Shown here: piece after piece, positions 1 to 10,976 of the stretch
Layout of the letters: every line of letters begins with the position of its first letter
How positions within the stretch are numbered: the first letter of the stretch is position 1
DNA from: an uncultured delta proteobacterium
GTDB taxonomy: Bacteria > Desulfobacterota > WTBG01 > CAIYCZ01
Reading direction: 5' to 3'
DNA: 64,000 bases
Assembly: GCA_963803975.1 (NCBI GenBank)
Contig: CAWDOY010000008.1
Span: 1 to 64,000, forward strand
Position numbers and translations under genes: made by a program
Notes under the pieces: model-generated
The model's input: the letters and a program-made list of their open reading frames with translations, nothing else
The model's database searches: none
Told to the model about the DNA's origin: nothing

Positions 1-2
1 GC

Positions 3-797
3 GATTTTGGAGATGCAATTATAAATAGGGCTTCTGATATATTTAATTCTTCTGCTGATCAGTATTTCAAAAATCGCGCCAAAGCCTATGTGAAGATTGC
101 TGATTATTATAATGCAGTAAATGATTTTAACAATGCAATTGGATTTGGTTTATTCAATGCATTTACTAAGGGTATGAACATATCTCTCTTCCGGGCAATT
201 TATCCAGAATACAGCAGCGTTTCAAATGACATTTTAATAAAGATGCTTTGTCAGAAATATTATCCTGATCAGGACTGCGAGTATTTTGAGAAAAGAATTT
301 TAAAGGAACATGATCCACAGGAGGAACGCAATGCTTCCTATGAATTACCTGAACTCTATATGGGCCGGGCAGATGCTTATTTGCTGTATGGCGACTTTAA
401 AAAAGCTGCAGTTGATTACAGAAGGGCAATAAATGTTGCTCCTAATAAGGACAGCAATATATATGTATTAGTTAGATTAGACAGATGGCGATTACTATTA
501 GAAAAATCAAATGGAAAAGATATATATATTGATTTAAAATCCATTGATTTTTCACAAAAAAATAATATTAAAATTTGGATAAAAAAAGTTAAGTCCGGGA
601 CCTATTCTTTTTCACGAAAGTGGGATTATTCTATGCAAAACTTTGCCATCAATTGTTCAGCAAAGACAATTCGTTCTATATCACTGGTAAATTATGATTT
701 TGCAGGAATTGCAACAAATGAATCTATCGATCAAGAATGGCGAGAACCTGCGCCTGATAGTTTGGACGAGTTATTAATGTCAGGTTTGTGTAAATAA
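3..797 (+). CDS. TPR-repeat protein with C-terminal adhesin-E-like domain (5' truncated by window)
   Basis: Frame is open from base 3 (DFGDAIINRA...); TPR helices YFKNRAKAYVKIADYYNAVNDFNNAI and LYMGRADAYLLYGDFKKAAVDYRRAI; C-terminal YID..SI...IW...INC.....R...W....PDS pattern. Confidence 0.65.
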   Translation, partial: DFGDAIINRASDIFNSSADQYFKNRAKAYVKIADYYNAVNDFNNAIGFGLFNAFTKGMNISLFRAIYPEYSSVSNDILIKMLCQKYYPDQDCEYFEKRILKEHDPQEERNASYELPELYMGRADAYLLYGDFKKAAVDYRRAINVAPNKDSNIYVLVRLDRWRLLLEKSNGKDIYIDLKSIDFSQKNNIKIWIKKVKSGTYSFSRKWDYSMQNFAINCSAKTIRSISLVNYDFAGIATNESIDQEWREPAPDSLDELLMSGLCK

Positions 798-890
798 ATG
801 TGACTCAAATGATTTTCATAACTTTGATGCTTATTTTTTAATGAGTTACCAGTTAGAGACAGTAAAAAATCTCTCCCCGTCTCACGCCAA

Positions 891-2679
891 TTACTTTTCT
901 TTAACTACCCGAAACCCATATGTGAAGTATCGCTGCTCGCCGTTATCCCAGATCCGATACGCAGAACGCGTAAGATATGGCGGCGTGTTCCAAGACCCTC
1001 CTTTCAGTATGAAAAGTTTTTCTAATCGTTTCTTCCGATCCTCCTGCGATCGCCGCAGCAGCTCATTTTTTTCACTGGTCTGTTTCAGTCTTTCATCGAA
1101 ATTATAGTGCCCGGAGAATGCCCAAGTAGAAGTCGTCCACTCCCAGGCATTGCCGATCATATCGTACAGCCCGAACTGATTCGGCTTGAAACGCCCAACG
1201 GGAGAAGTAAAATAGTACCCGTCGTCACAGGCATGCATCTGGTACCATGCTCTGAGGGGAAGGCGTTTTTTAAATGAACGGTCCGCGACATTTGCGTATC
1301 TGCATGCACAACCTGACTTATCGCCCCAGTACCTTGATGATCGAGTGCCTGCTCGTGCTGCGTACTCCCACTCCTCTTCGGTTGGCAACCGGTATTTCTT
1401 CCCCGTCTTTTTCGATAACCAATCCACATATGCCTGTGCGTCGGGCATATTGATGCAGGTAACCGGGCGATCAAACCATTGTGCATATCCAGGATATTGC
1501 CAGCTGAATCTCATGCTGTTGCCCGCAAAAAAGTCTATGCCTAGATAGTAGTTGTTTGGACGAATCCAGGCGTCGCAATACCCGGCTTGATACCCGGATA
1601 CTAAAGCAAATAGCCCAAATTCTGCCTGGGTGACCTCGTACTTTCCCATGTCAAATGCCTGCGGTATCGTAACAGTTAACTGCGGCGCCTCACGGCGGCC
1701 CCCGGATGAGTCGTAGAACTGACCAGGCTCTGTCTCTGGCGATCCCATCATGAAGCGCCCCGGCGGCACCATCACCATGTCCGGACAACCCTCACAATCC
1801 CTAAAAGATTGGGGGTGTTGCTGGCTTGCGGCAGGGTTCATCTGGTTTGCCCATTCACGGACCTCTTTAGGGATCAATATCTCATTTTCTAACCCTGGTT
1901 TGTGAATCTTACTGTGCCAGGGTTTTTGCTTATTACTGGTCGATTTGCGGACCTGGTCCGTAACCGATTGAATAATTTCCCTTAACGACATATCAGAGGT
2001 TCCCAGTGCCTTGAGGAGTTGTGCCGTAAACGGGCTATTGCGTCTGGTTCCATCTGCGTGGGTTTTTCCCGGCTGTGCGGCAGAAAAGAAAATTGTGTTC
2101 TCTGCCAAATTTTCTTTGTCCATCCCCTGGGTTAAATTTGGATAGCGCTTGGGATGAGGAAGCATGAAGCTGGCATCCGCGATAACAACGTTGAGTCGAT
2201 TAGTCTCGGGTAAAGCCCGGCAGATAAATGGAAGGTCTATATTCAACAAACCATCCCATTGATCTTGTCCCTTTTGATGTGCATACTTTTCGAATGCCGA
2301 ATTAAATTCGGGCCTATCATAGGTGGCGAGGTCCCAGTAACCTGAAAAATAAATCACCCCGATGCTGTTCTGCTCATTGCTCAACTGCCGTAAAAATCGA
2401 GTAATACCAAATTTTATTTGGCTTCTCACCGCCGGGAAAGAGAGTGACCGAGAACCCGGCATTGTGGAGTGCCCAGGCCACATCAGTCGCGTTATTGTAT
2501 GGGGTTATGAGATTGATTTTATCGTCAGTGTAAAACGAACCGCCGCTGCCTATCACAAGCGCATACCGGCCAGGCCCATTAATATGTTTCTTGTTATCCT
2601 GGGGCTCCTCTCCAGAAGCTGCTGTCAGAAACAAAGTCAGGTTAAAAAGAAGAATTGCTGCTGTCAGAAAGCGAATCAT
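891..2679 (-). CDS. secreted caspase-like (peptidase C14 fold) + FGE/SUMF1-like domain protein; one frameshift near 2430
   Basis: ORF 2374-2679 has a signal peptide and RYALVIG...NATDVAWAL...GFSV; ORF 891-2483 continues with the caspase core (IYFSG, NSPFTAQLL) and FGE motifs (FMMGS, YEVTQAEF, RLPTEEEWEYAARAG, NQFGLYDMIGNAWEW, GFRV). Confidence 0.75.
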
Positions 2680-2862
2680 TGTGGTTTTCTCCTGTTTCCA
2701 GGTAAACAGGAAGCGCCTGGTTTAACTTTTATTCAGTCAAGTTGCAGCTAATTAATTACAATCCTGTTGCTGAATCACAAAAGACTGGCGGATGCGGTCA
2801 ATTATTGGAGAAAAAGATTTCCTTTGCTTTTATAAAAAATTATGATGGGGTCTGTAGCATTA

Positions 2863-3953
2863 TTAAAAACAAATACCGCAATGATAAGGTATAAGTAATT
2901 TTCGCAATCTCCTCATTCTAATCTTTGGTAAAGTTATTCTTACATATTCACAAGACAGGCCTCCCCACTTTGAAAATGAAATATATTTAACTAAAATGGA
3001 TTCCCCTGTTCTTTTAACTTCCGGTATATACGATACATGGTTCAGCGTTTTTACAGCTTCTGTGCCAGCACCTCTCAACGTACTTGAAAACCCTGTTGAT
3101 GCTTCATCAAGTATTACTCCATTATCATTGTAATTTGCATGCCAATATAAATAAAATTGGTGCACAACAATTGTAAAAACAGCGAGCTGAAAAAAAGCTT
3201 CGGGGCGATCTTCTATCATTAAATCACCTAAATAAGGATCTTCACGGTATTCATAAGTGGAACAATATTCATCTATGCTTAATTTTTCACCATTTATATC
3301 ACGGGAATATATACATGGTTCTCCGCCGATTCCACCATACGAATAGGCGTAATCAAGGATTTTCCCAGTTTTTAACTTAATCAAATCAAAGACAAGGTTA
3401 AAAACTTGTTTACATCAAACACAATACTTTCAGGATGTATGTTAATATCAGTTTCATTTAAAACGGTTCCATTATTTTCTTCTTCCATAAAATCTTTAGG
3501 TATTGGGCCAATAGTCTTTTTGAGATCATCAACACTTTTTAGAAGATTCACTGCGTACTGATTATCAATTTGCTCGTTCTGCGTATAATCTTCTGATAAA
3601 AAGTCATTTTCAATAAAGTCCACTGCATTGTCACCGTAGAGCAGGTTGAAATCATGAGGGAGATTATTAGCAACCCTTTTTCCTTCATTGTTTAATTCCC
3701 AAAATTCATGTGTGGAGTCTTCTTTTAGCAAATCATCTTTTTCAATGAGCTCTTGTTTCGCCATATTAAGTATATTTATCCATTTAGCTTCTTTGTCATA
3801 ATATGTTATTTCATGCTCAGTAAGAAACCTTTTACCTTCTCCCTCTATAAAAAACCTTTCAAGCTCTTTTTGCAAATTAGATAATGACATTCTTTGTTGA
3901 TTTTCTTCAACTAACTTTACCAGGATATAATTTTTGTATCCATTCGTTTGCAT
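2863..3953 (-). CDS. AT-rich hypothetical protein with N-terminal Mrr_N-like winged helix; probably one gene split by a frameshift at about 3385
   Basis: W.N....AK..L...........W.L..EG pattern at the N-terminus; ORFs 3381-3953 and 2863-3384 overlap by 4 nt and read continuously (FDVNKFLT...IKLKTGKILDYAY). Confidence 0.45.
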
Positions 3954-4161
3954 TATATTACTCCCAAATTGAGGGACATCCCAGATTAAACAACCTCACT
4001 CAACAGTGCCCGTTATTTAATTCTCCTCAACTTCTTTTATAAAATAAAAAGAGCCCCATCAGCGAATACACTGCACGAGGCCCTCTGCAATTTTCTATAT
4101 ACTGTAATGCTCCCCTCTTTTTTATCAGCGTACCGCGTATAAACTCTCCTTCTGTTATATC

Positions 4162-4899
4162 CTAATGCACCTGCTGGGAAATTATCTGGTCAACTTTCTT
4201 CTGGTATGAATCAATTTCTTCAGTGGCGTACGAGCGGGACGTGTTGAGCAGCGGGTCAAGGGTGTTAACGGGTTTGAAGTTCTGCAGCCGCAGCTTTGTC
4301 GCGCCGCTCGAGTTCCTGCGCGACCCGGAAAATATCTTCGGGCCGGTGATACCAGGGAACTACGGTGAAGCGGAACTCATAGGGCACTGCCCCGGAGAGA
4401 AGCAGGCGGGTGCTCTGCTTCACATCATCGACAAAATTTCGCACCCCGGTGACCGAGCAGTAGGCGTCTTCAACAAGCGGGGCCTTAATGTCCATGGCGA
4501 CAAAATCAACCAGATGCTCCTGCATGAGCGAAGACGAGCACCGCGGGCCGGCTGCCGTTGGTGTCAAGCTTGGTGAGCAAACCCGAGCTGCTTGATGGCG
4601 CGCAGCAGGTGCGGCAGAAACGAATGGATGGTCGGCTCGCCGCCTGACACGCACACGCCGTCAACCCAGCCCCGCATGGTCTCCAGGCGGGCGATGACCT
4701 GGTCAAAGGGAATGTCCTGGATCATGTCGGAGCGCAGCACCAGGTCGGAATTATGGCAGTAGGAGCAGCGGAAGTTGCAGTTGGGGAGAAACACGACCGA
4801 GCTGATGTTGCCGGGCCAGTCGACAAAGGAGGTCTCGAGGAACCCCTTGATCAGAAAATCCTTACAGAAACAGCTCTCCTTGTGGTGCAGAGTACACAT
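4162..4899 (-). CDS. nrdG: anaerobic ribonucleotide reductase activating radical SAM enzyme (frameshifted)
   Basis: SFVDWPG, CNFRCSYCHN, SGGEPT, KLDTNGS, AMDIKAP, YEFR; pieces in three frames; final frame ends LQNFKP..LDP...QQVH* at 4162. Confidence 0.88.
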
Positions 4900-4922
4900 A
4901 GCTTGCCACCATCAATACCGGA

Positions 4923-5192
4923 TCAGTTCCGGCACTGCTCCATAAGTTCTTTTAATTTTTGCGCGCTGGGCACCTCGCCCCTGAAATCCGCGATAGGGTT
5001 CTCTTCCTTGTCTTCAAGAATAAAAGTGGGCGTTGCCTGAACACTGTAGAAGGTTGCTTCTGCCAGGCCGTCTGCGGTTTCCAGGTTGAAATGAAGCACC
5101 TGGTAGCCGTCCTTCTGCATGACGCTTCCCACCTCTTTTGCCTGAGGACAGCGCGGACAATTTTCCTTCCAGAATAATTTTATAACCCCCAT
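4923..5192 (-). CDS. thioredoxin/NrdH-like redoxin
   Basis: CPRCP motif and cis-Pro ATPTF; lies between nrdD and nrdG. Confidence 0.85.
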   Translation of the reverse strand: MGVIKLFWKENCPRCPQAKEVGSVMQKDGYQVLHFNLETADGLAEATFYSVQATPTFILEDKEENPIADFRGEVPSAQKLKELMEQCRN

Positions 5193-5411
5193 TGTTTTAT
5201 AACCCCCATTTTCTTTATACCCTTTTATTGAAATAACCAAATAACCACAGAGAAAAGAACAAAAACTTGATTAAGCCACAGAATTTCACAGAACCACACG
5301 GAACTGTTTAAAATTTTTACAGTTTTTTTCAGTGCTTATCTGTGGCCCAATTATATAATTTCCTATACAATAAAATGAAAATTCCTGATTTCCTGAGTTC
5401 CAGATTCTAAA

Positions 5412-7544
5412 TTAGTTTGCCAGGTCCTCAAAGTATCCGTTGTTGCGATAGCGATCGTTCAGCTCGCCGATTTTGCCCTTGTTCCAGCTCGACACCTTGG
5501 TGAAGTATCCGGTGATGCGGGTGATGCCCTCAACATCAGTGGAGCTGCAGTCCTTGTAACCGCAGGTATTAGAGAGCCCCCTGCTGGTTCTGCCGCAGGT
5601 ATTGCAGCTGGTGAACTCAGGAGAAAAGGCAATCTGGTCGTTCAGCGTGCCCTTGAAGACCTTGACCACGAAATTGGCCAGGGACTCTTTTGAGGGCCGT
5701 GACTCGCCAAGCCAGATATGGGTGAGTGAGCCTGCCTCGATAATGGGGTGAAAGAGCCCTTCCATCCGCACCCGGTCAATGGGATTGGTCTTTGACGCGA
5801 CCGCAATATAGGTGGAATTGGTATAGTAGACCTGGCCGGTGGCGATGTTTCCTTTAACCATCCGCAGCGATTCCGGCGAGTGGTATTTCAGATCAAGCTT
5901 GGCAAAGCGGTAGGCCGTGCTCTCTGCCGGGGTCTGCTCCAGCACAAAGCGCATGCCGTGCTGCTGCGCTGAATTTATCAGTTATAAGTTTCATGTGGGC
6001 AATTACCTTCAAACCGAACTTGAGCGACCGCTTGGACTCGTGGAGCTCTTCTCCGGTATGAATCTTGACCAGCTCATTCAGCCCCACCATGCCGATGAGA
6101 TACGTTACCCGCTTCATCCGCAAATACGGGGCGCCGTCCTTATTCATGGTGAGAAGCGCCAGGGGGCCGCTTTCTCCGAGGGCCAGGAGCTGCTCAATAA
6201 AGGCCTTCTTTTCCAGATGGGCTTTTACTGACAGTTCCACCATGGCGCTTAAATTGGCAAACAGGGTGGTGTCATCCTTGTTGCTCTTGTAGCCGAGGCG
6301 CGGCAGGTTGATGGTGACATTCTGCAGCGCGCTGTAGCGCATCTTCCAGGGCTGCTTGGCGTCATCCAGATCGCTCTGCTCGAGCTTGAAGCTCAAGCGG
6401 CAGCACTCGGAAATTTTCGCGGTGTTGCCCCGGTCAAAGACAAAATAGGTATTGCCCTTCTCGCTCGCCACATCGCAGATATGGAGCAGGAACTCCTGGT
6501 GCCCTTCGGTGCGGAAAAATTTCTCCGTGATGTGCACCAGCGGCTTCGGGAAGAAGAACGGCCTGCCCGGTGCCGTCGCCTTCCTTGAAGACATCAAACA
6601 GATACCAGACAAACCGCTGGGCCTCTTTCTCATACTCCGCATAGGTCTTGCCGGTGAACTCCCCGCCCGGGCCCGATGGCAGGCACATCCTCAAAATGCT
6701 TGGGAACCTCCCAGTAAAGATTGATATCAGTAAAAATCGCCTGCCCGCCCCGTGCCACTGCCTGCTGGGAGAACTCAAAGATGAGCATCTGGGCAAGCTG
6801 CTTGACCTCACGGTCGGTTTTACCCACTAAATAGGGCGCAAAGAAGAGATTGATCGCGTCCCAGCCAATGGCGCCGGCAAAATTACTCTGCAGGGCTGCG
6901 GCAAATTTAACCATGTGCGCAAGCAGCACTTCCGGGTGCTTGGCCGGCTTGGCCATGGAAAGGGAATTGGGCAGGTTCAGGCCGAACTTCTTAATATATT
7001 CAAGTGACTGGCCCGAGCAGTAGGGCCGGTCGATGAACCCGAGATCATGCAGGTGAATGTCGCCCCGCATGTGGGCATCGCCCACGTCTTCGGAAAAAAC
7101 CTTGAGCAGGGCGTATTCTTTTTTAATATTTTCCGCGAGCGTCAGGTTGGTTGCCTCAGGGCCGTGCGGCACATTGGCGTTTTCCTTGTTCGGGTGCAGG
7201 ATGAGCTGGTCAACGTCCCAGAGCGGCACGCCAAGACGCGTATGCATCTTGCGGGCTTTCTCCAGCCCCCGCTCTAACAGCTTGGCATCAACCAGCTCCC
7301 TGATGAGCGGAGCCGTCACCCAGGTAATTTTTGACGCAAGGACAAAATCCTGAACTTCCCGGCTGATCTCCTCGGCAGTATCTACATCAATATATGTTTC
7401 GCGAACCAGCGCATCAACAATCTTCTGCCGGTTCCAGTCCGCAATATCATCCCCTGATGTCCTGACAAAAAGCGCCAGGTCAGTAGTTTCATTATTATTG
7501 CTGATTTCTTCCTTCTCCCAACGAGCTTCTACTACGGTCCCCAT
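5412..7544 (-). CDS. nrdD: class III anaerobic ribonucleoside-triphosphate reductase with ATP cone (three ORF pieces)
   Basis: ATP cone (VRTSGDDIADWNRQKI), GDIHLHDL, SECCRL finger loop, EQTPAES, YYTNS, Zn-site cysteines, RITGY glycyl-radical motif; RBS GGAGGGG before ATG at 7544. Confidence 0.92.
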
Positions 7545-7605
7545 GAACCCCCTCCCAATATATTTAATTATCGATCCACATATCATCTTATTTTGTACGC
7601 GATGA

Positions 7606-7634
7606 TAACTACACCACAATATGTAGTGCGTCAA
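7606..7634 (-). promoter_or_regulatory. sigma70 promoter of nrdD with an NrdR box in the spacer
   Basis: Minus strand TTGACG-17 nt-TAGTTA; 7614-7629 CCACAATATGTAGTGC matches the NrdR box consensus acaCwAtATaTwGtg. Confidence 0.75.
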
Positions 7635-7792
7635 GGGAATTATCCTGGAAATAAAAAAATATTTTTTCGCCTTGGTAAACAATAATTTTATCAAGGATAA
7701 ACATGATTTTAGATATATTATGGGGTTTTAAGGGAAAGAGGCATCCAGGGAGAGAATGATGGTTGGCAGAGTGTACTCATGAAAAGGTGTTT

Positions 7793-8287
7793 TTACTGGG
7801 CTTTTCGTGCCCTTAAAATGACAGCCCTTGATTCATATAATATATTGAAAAATCTTCTTAAAAAGCCTCCTTTCCGCGGCCGCTGATTCTTTAAAAAGCT
7901 TTTCAGCTGTGATTTCTTCTCCGCGTCAATATTTAGAAATACAATGCCCACCTGAAACATGAAGTTTTCACTCTCAGGGGCGAGGTCATACCAGCATACC
8001 TCGCCAATAATTTTTAATGTTTTTTCAGTACCATAGAGCTCTACTTCCAAATCAAGCCGGTTCTTTTGCGCGCCCGGGCTCCCGGAAAGCATATGCACGC
8101 CGTCAATTTCAACCTGCCTGGTTTCTATGCATATGCCCTCCTCCGAGATATTTCTGCTTTTGACTATTATTGACGTCTGTCCTCCCGGCACCTTATCTTC
8201 AGTTATTATGGTAACTTTTACCTGAAGCGGTATCTCCAGTCTGAAAAATTTTCTTTTCTGTACGCCGCGGTGTCCTGTTCTTCGCAT
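7793..8287 (-). CDS. PilZ domain protein
   Basis: QKRKFFR (RxxxR), NISEEG (NxSxxG), GEVCW and GIVF strands. Confidence 0.85.
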   Translation of the reverse strand: MRRTGHRGVQKRKFFRLEIPLQVKVTIITEDKVPGGQTSIIVKSRNISEEGICIETRQVEIDGVHMLSGSPGAQKNRLDLEVELYGTEKTLKIIGEVCWYDLAPESENFMFQVGIVFLNIDAEKKSQLKSFLKNQRPRKGGFLRRFFNILYESRAVILRARKAQ

Positions 8288-8291
8288 TGTT

Positions 8292-8780
8292 TTATTTAGC
8301 CGTGGAACTGCTCTTTATTATACGCTGAATAATCGTAGTGGTTGACAAGCCATCGACAAAAGGAAGGGATATCACTTTGCCGCCGGCGCCTTCCACCACA
8401 TCCCTGCCAACGATGGTGTCAACGGTCCAGTCCCCGCCTTTAACCAGCACATCAGGCTTTAGTTCAGTAATCACCCGCAGGGGATCAAGCTCATTAAATA
8501 TAATTACATAATCAACAGACTCAAGGCCTGCCATGACCTCGGCGCGCTCATCCTCCGGGACATACGGCCGCTCCTGCCCTTTCAGTGCCTGGACAGAACT
8601 GTCGCTGTTGATGGCTACCACCAGAACATCCCCCTGTTTTTTAGCTTCCCGGAGCAGCCGCACATGGCCGACATGGATAATATCATAGCAGCCGTTGGTG
8701 AAGACAACCTTTTTATTCGCGCGCTTAAGCTCCGCTCTTACTTCTTTCAGCTCTTCAAGATTTTTTACTTTATCCTGCAA
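8292..8780 (-). CDS. rfaE2: D-glycero-beta-D-manno-heptose 1-phosphate adenylyltransferase
   Basis: VFTNGCYDIIHVGH, NSDSSV..LKG..RP, PDVLVKGGDW, STTTII. Confidence 0.92.
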   Translation of the reverse strand: MQDKVKNLEELKEVRAELKRANKKVVFTNGCYDIIHVGHVRLLREAKKQGDVLVVAINSDSSVQALKGQERPYVPEDERAEVMAGLESVDYVIIFNELDPLRVITELKPDVLVKGGDWTVDTIVGRDVVEGAGGKVISLPFVDGLSTTTIIQRIIKSSSTAK

Positions 8781-8792
8781 CTGCGTTACTCC

Positions 8793-8984
8793 GTGAAACG
8801 TGAAACGTGAAGGTCGAAGAGTTCAGCTCGTACTCGTAGCCACTTCACCGCATGTCACGTCTGCCTCGGTGCCTTCGCACTCGTTACTCCCCATTCCGCA
8901 CTCAGCATTCCGCAATTTCAATTGCCTGTGGCCCCTGATTCCCTCTTGCCTCTTCCTATTCCCTATTGCCTAATTGCCTGACGC
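8793..8984. repeat. intergenic degenerate 7-mer tandem repeat tract
   Basis: (GTGAAAC)2 GTGAAG, CTCGTA, CATTCCG and TTGCCT(A/C) units. Confidence 0.6.
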
Positions 8985-10829
8985 CTAACTCTCTTTCGCC
9001 GTGCAGCGCAGCACTTCGTGATAGGTGGTGGCACCCTTCAAGAGCTTTGCTAGGGCATTTTCCCGCAGCGGCTTCATGCCCCTCTGGCAGGCCTGCTTTT
9101 TTATTGCTTCAGCCGGTATCTTTTCATCAATCATCTTTTTAATCTCATCGTCAACCGGAAGAACCTCAAACACTCCCTGCCGGCCGTAGTACCCGGTCTG
9201 GCGGCAGAACCTGCAGCCTTTGCCGCGCTTCAGTTCGATATCGTGTTTGAAGGACACGTCAATCCCGAGGCTCCACAAATCCGCTCCTGACAGGGAATAG
9301 GTTTCCGCGCAATGCGGGCACACGGTCCGCACCAGCCGCTGGGCAACTACCCCAAGCAGCGTTGAGCTGATGAGAAACGGCTCCACCCCAAGATCAAGAA
9401 GCCGCGTAACAGAGGACGCCGCATCATTGGTGTGCAGGGTGCTCAGCACCAGGTGCCCGGTGAGCGCTGCCTGAATGGCCTGGTGCGCTGTCTCCGCGTC
9501 GCGTATTTCTCCAATCATGATAATGTCCGGGTCCTGCCGCAGAATGTTTCGCAGAATGGAGCTGAAGGTAATATCCACTGTCGGCTGCACTGCTATCTGA
9601 TTGAAATCCTCGCAGACCATTTCAATGGGGTCCTCAACCGTGGTGATATTATTTTCCGGGGTAGAAAGTGAGCGCAGCGCTGAATAGAGGGTGGTGGTTT
9701 TGCCGCTGCCGGTCGGACCGGTCACCAGGATAATGCCGTGCGGCTGCTCGAGGAAATTGCGGAACTGTATGAGATCATGGGAGGAAAACCCGAGCTCTTC
9801 CAGATCCTGAAACAGAATCGAGGAATTGAGAATTCTCAGGACCGCTTTTTCACCAAACGCGACCGGTATGGTGGATACTCTGGTTTCCACGTCCCGCTCC
9901 TCGCCCTGCAGCTTGATGCGGCCGTCCTGGGGTCGCCTTTTTTCCGCGATATTGAGCCGTGAGAGGGCTTTGATCCGGGAAATTACCGCGTTATGCACCA
10001 CCCGGGGCATGGTATAGATATTGTGCAGAATGCCGTCAATCCTCAGGCGCACGATGCCCATGTCCCGTTTCGGCTCAATATGAATGTCGCTGGCCCGCTG
10101 CTCAAGCGCATAGTGGAACAGGTACTCTACGGCGTTTTTTATGTGCTTATCGGTTGACTCGATTTCACTGACAGATTTTAACTTTGAATACTGTTCAAGG
10201 TTGCCGAGATCCACCAGCGGCGAAACCAGCTCCTGCTCCGCGAGCACGATGGAGCGCTTAAACCCGTAAAACTCTCTGATCAGCTTGATGATGTCTGATT
10301 TGGTGCTGACCACCGGAGAAATTTTTAGGCTGCTCACCCGCATGATGTCGCTGATCAGCTCCTCGTTGAGCGGGTCCACCATGGCGATTTTCAGTTCACC
10401 GGAGTCACGGGAGATCGGAACAGCCAGATTTTTTATGGCAAAATTTTTCGGCAGCGTCTTGGTCACCACCTCCAGGTCAAGCTCCAGCGGATCGATTTTC
10501 TTAAACGGGATGCCGAGCCCCGCTGCTACCTCCCTCATGACCTTCTCTTCGGTCAGGGGCGCTTCCATGCCGTCGTGCTGGACGGTGAGATTGAATGCAG
10601 CGACAATATCGGACGGTAAAACGTCGTAGCGGGTTCCGTTGCCGTTGGCGCTTATCTCATTGATTTTTTCGAGCCGTTTTGTCTGCAGCTCCTTCTCGTC
10701 AAGGATGCGCTGGTGCTGCTCACCGGTTATAATATTTCTCTGGAGCAGGATATCGCATACGTGGTTGAGTGTTAATCCCTGTTTCATACTGCACTCTGTT
10801 AATACATTAGATGGTTCACAATAAATCAT
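8985..10829 (-). CDS. GspE/PilB-family secretion or pilus assembly ATPase
   Basis: ASDIHIEP, PQDGR, Walker A GPTGSGKTTT, TVEDPIE, LRQDPD, TGHLVLSTLH, CPHC/CRFC zinc motif. Confidence 0.93.
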   Translation of the reverse strand: MIYCEPSNVLTECSMKQGLTLNHVCDILLQRNIITGEQHQRILDEKELQTKRLEKINEISANGNGTRYDVLPSDIVAAFNLTVQHDGMEAPLTEEKVMREVAAGLGIPFKKIDPLELDLEVVTKTLPKNFAIKNLAVPISRDSGELKIAMVDPLNEELISDIMRVSSLKISPVVSTKSDIIKLIREFYGFKRSIVLAEQELVSPLVDLGNLEQYSKLKSVSEIESTDKHIKNAVEYLFHYALEQRASDIHIEPKRDMGIVRLRIDGILHNIYTMPRVVHNAVISRIKALSRLNIAEKRRPQDGRIKLQGEERDVETRVSTIPVAFGEKAVLRILNSSILFQDLEELGFSSHDLIQFRNFLEQPHGIILVTGPTGSGKTTTLYSALRSLSTPENNITTVEDPIEMVCEDFNQIAVQPTVDITFSSILRNILRQDPDIIMIGEIRDAETAHQAIQAALTGHLVLSTLHTNDAASSVTRLLDLGVEPFLISSTLLGVVAQRLVRTVCPHCAETYSLSGADLWSLGIDVSFKHDIELKRGKGCRFCRQTGYYGRQGVFEVLPVDDEIKKMIDEKIPAEAIKKQACQRGMKPLRENALAKLLKGATTYHEVLRCTAKES

Positions 10830-10917
10830 ACTCTTTCATCGTACCAAACAGCTCTTTTATTTAACGTTAATATAGCATAAGTCCTTCAAGCTCAATAAGT
10901 TTTCAGTAATGAGCAGC

Positions 10918-10947
10918 AAAAAAGGCACGGTTGCAGATAACCGTGCC
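10918..10947 (-). terminator. rho-independent terminator closing the bilin-reductase-like operon
   Basis: GGCACGGTT/AACCGTGCC stem followed by a T-run on the minus strand, 30 nt after the radical SAM stop. Confidence 0.75.
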
Positions 10948-10976
10948 CCTGGCAGTTGTCAGCGTTTCCGAACTAT

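Noticed and set aside
891..1300. FGE-type C-terminal domain as a diversity-generating retroelement target
   Set aside because: No reverse transcriptase or template repeat seen in the window
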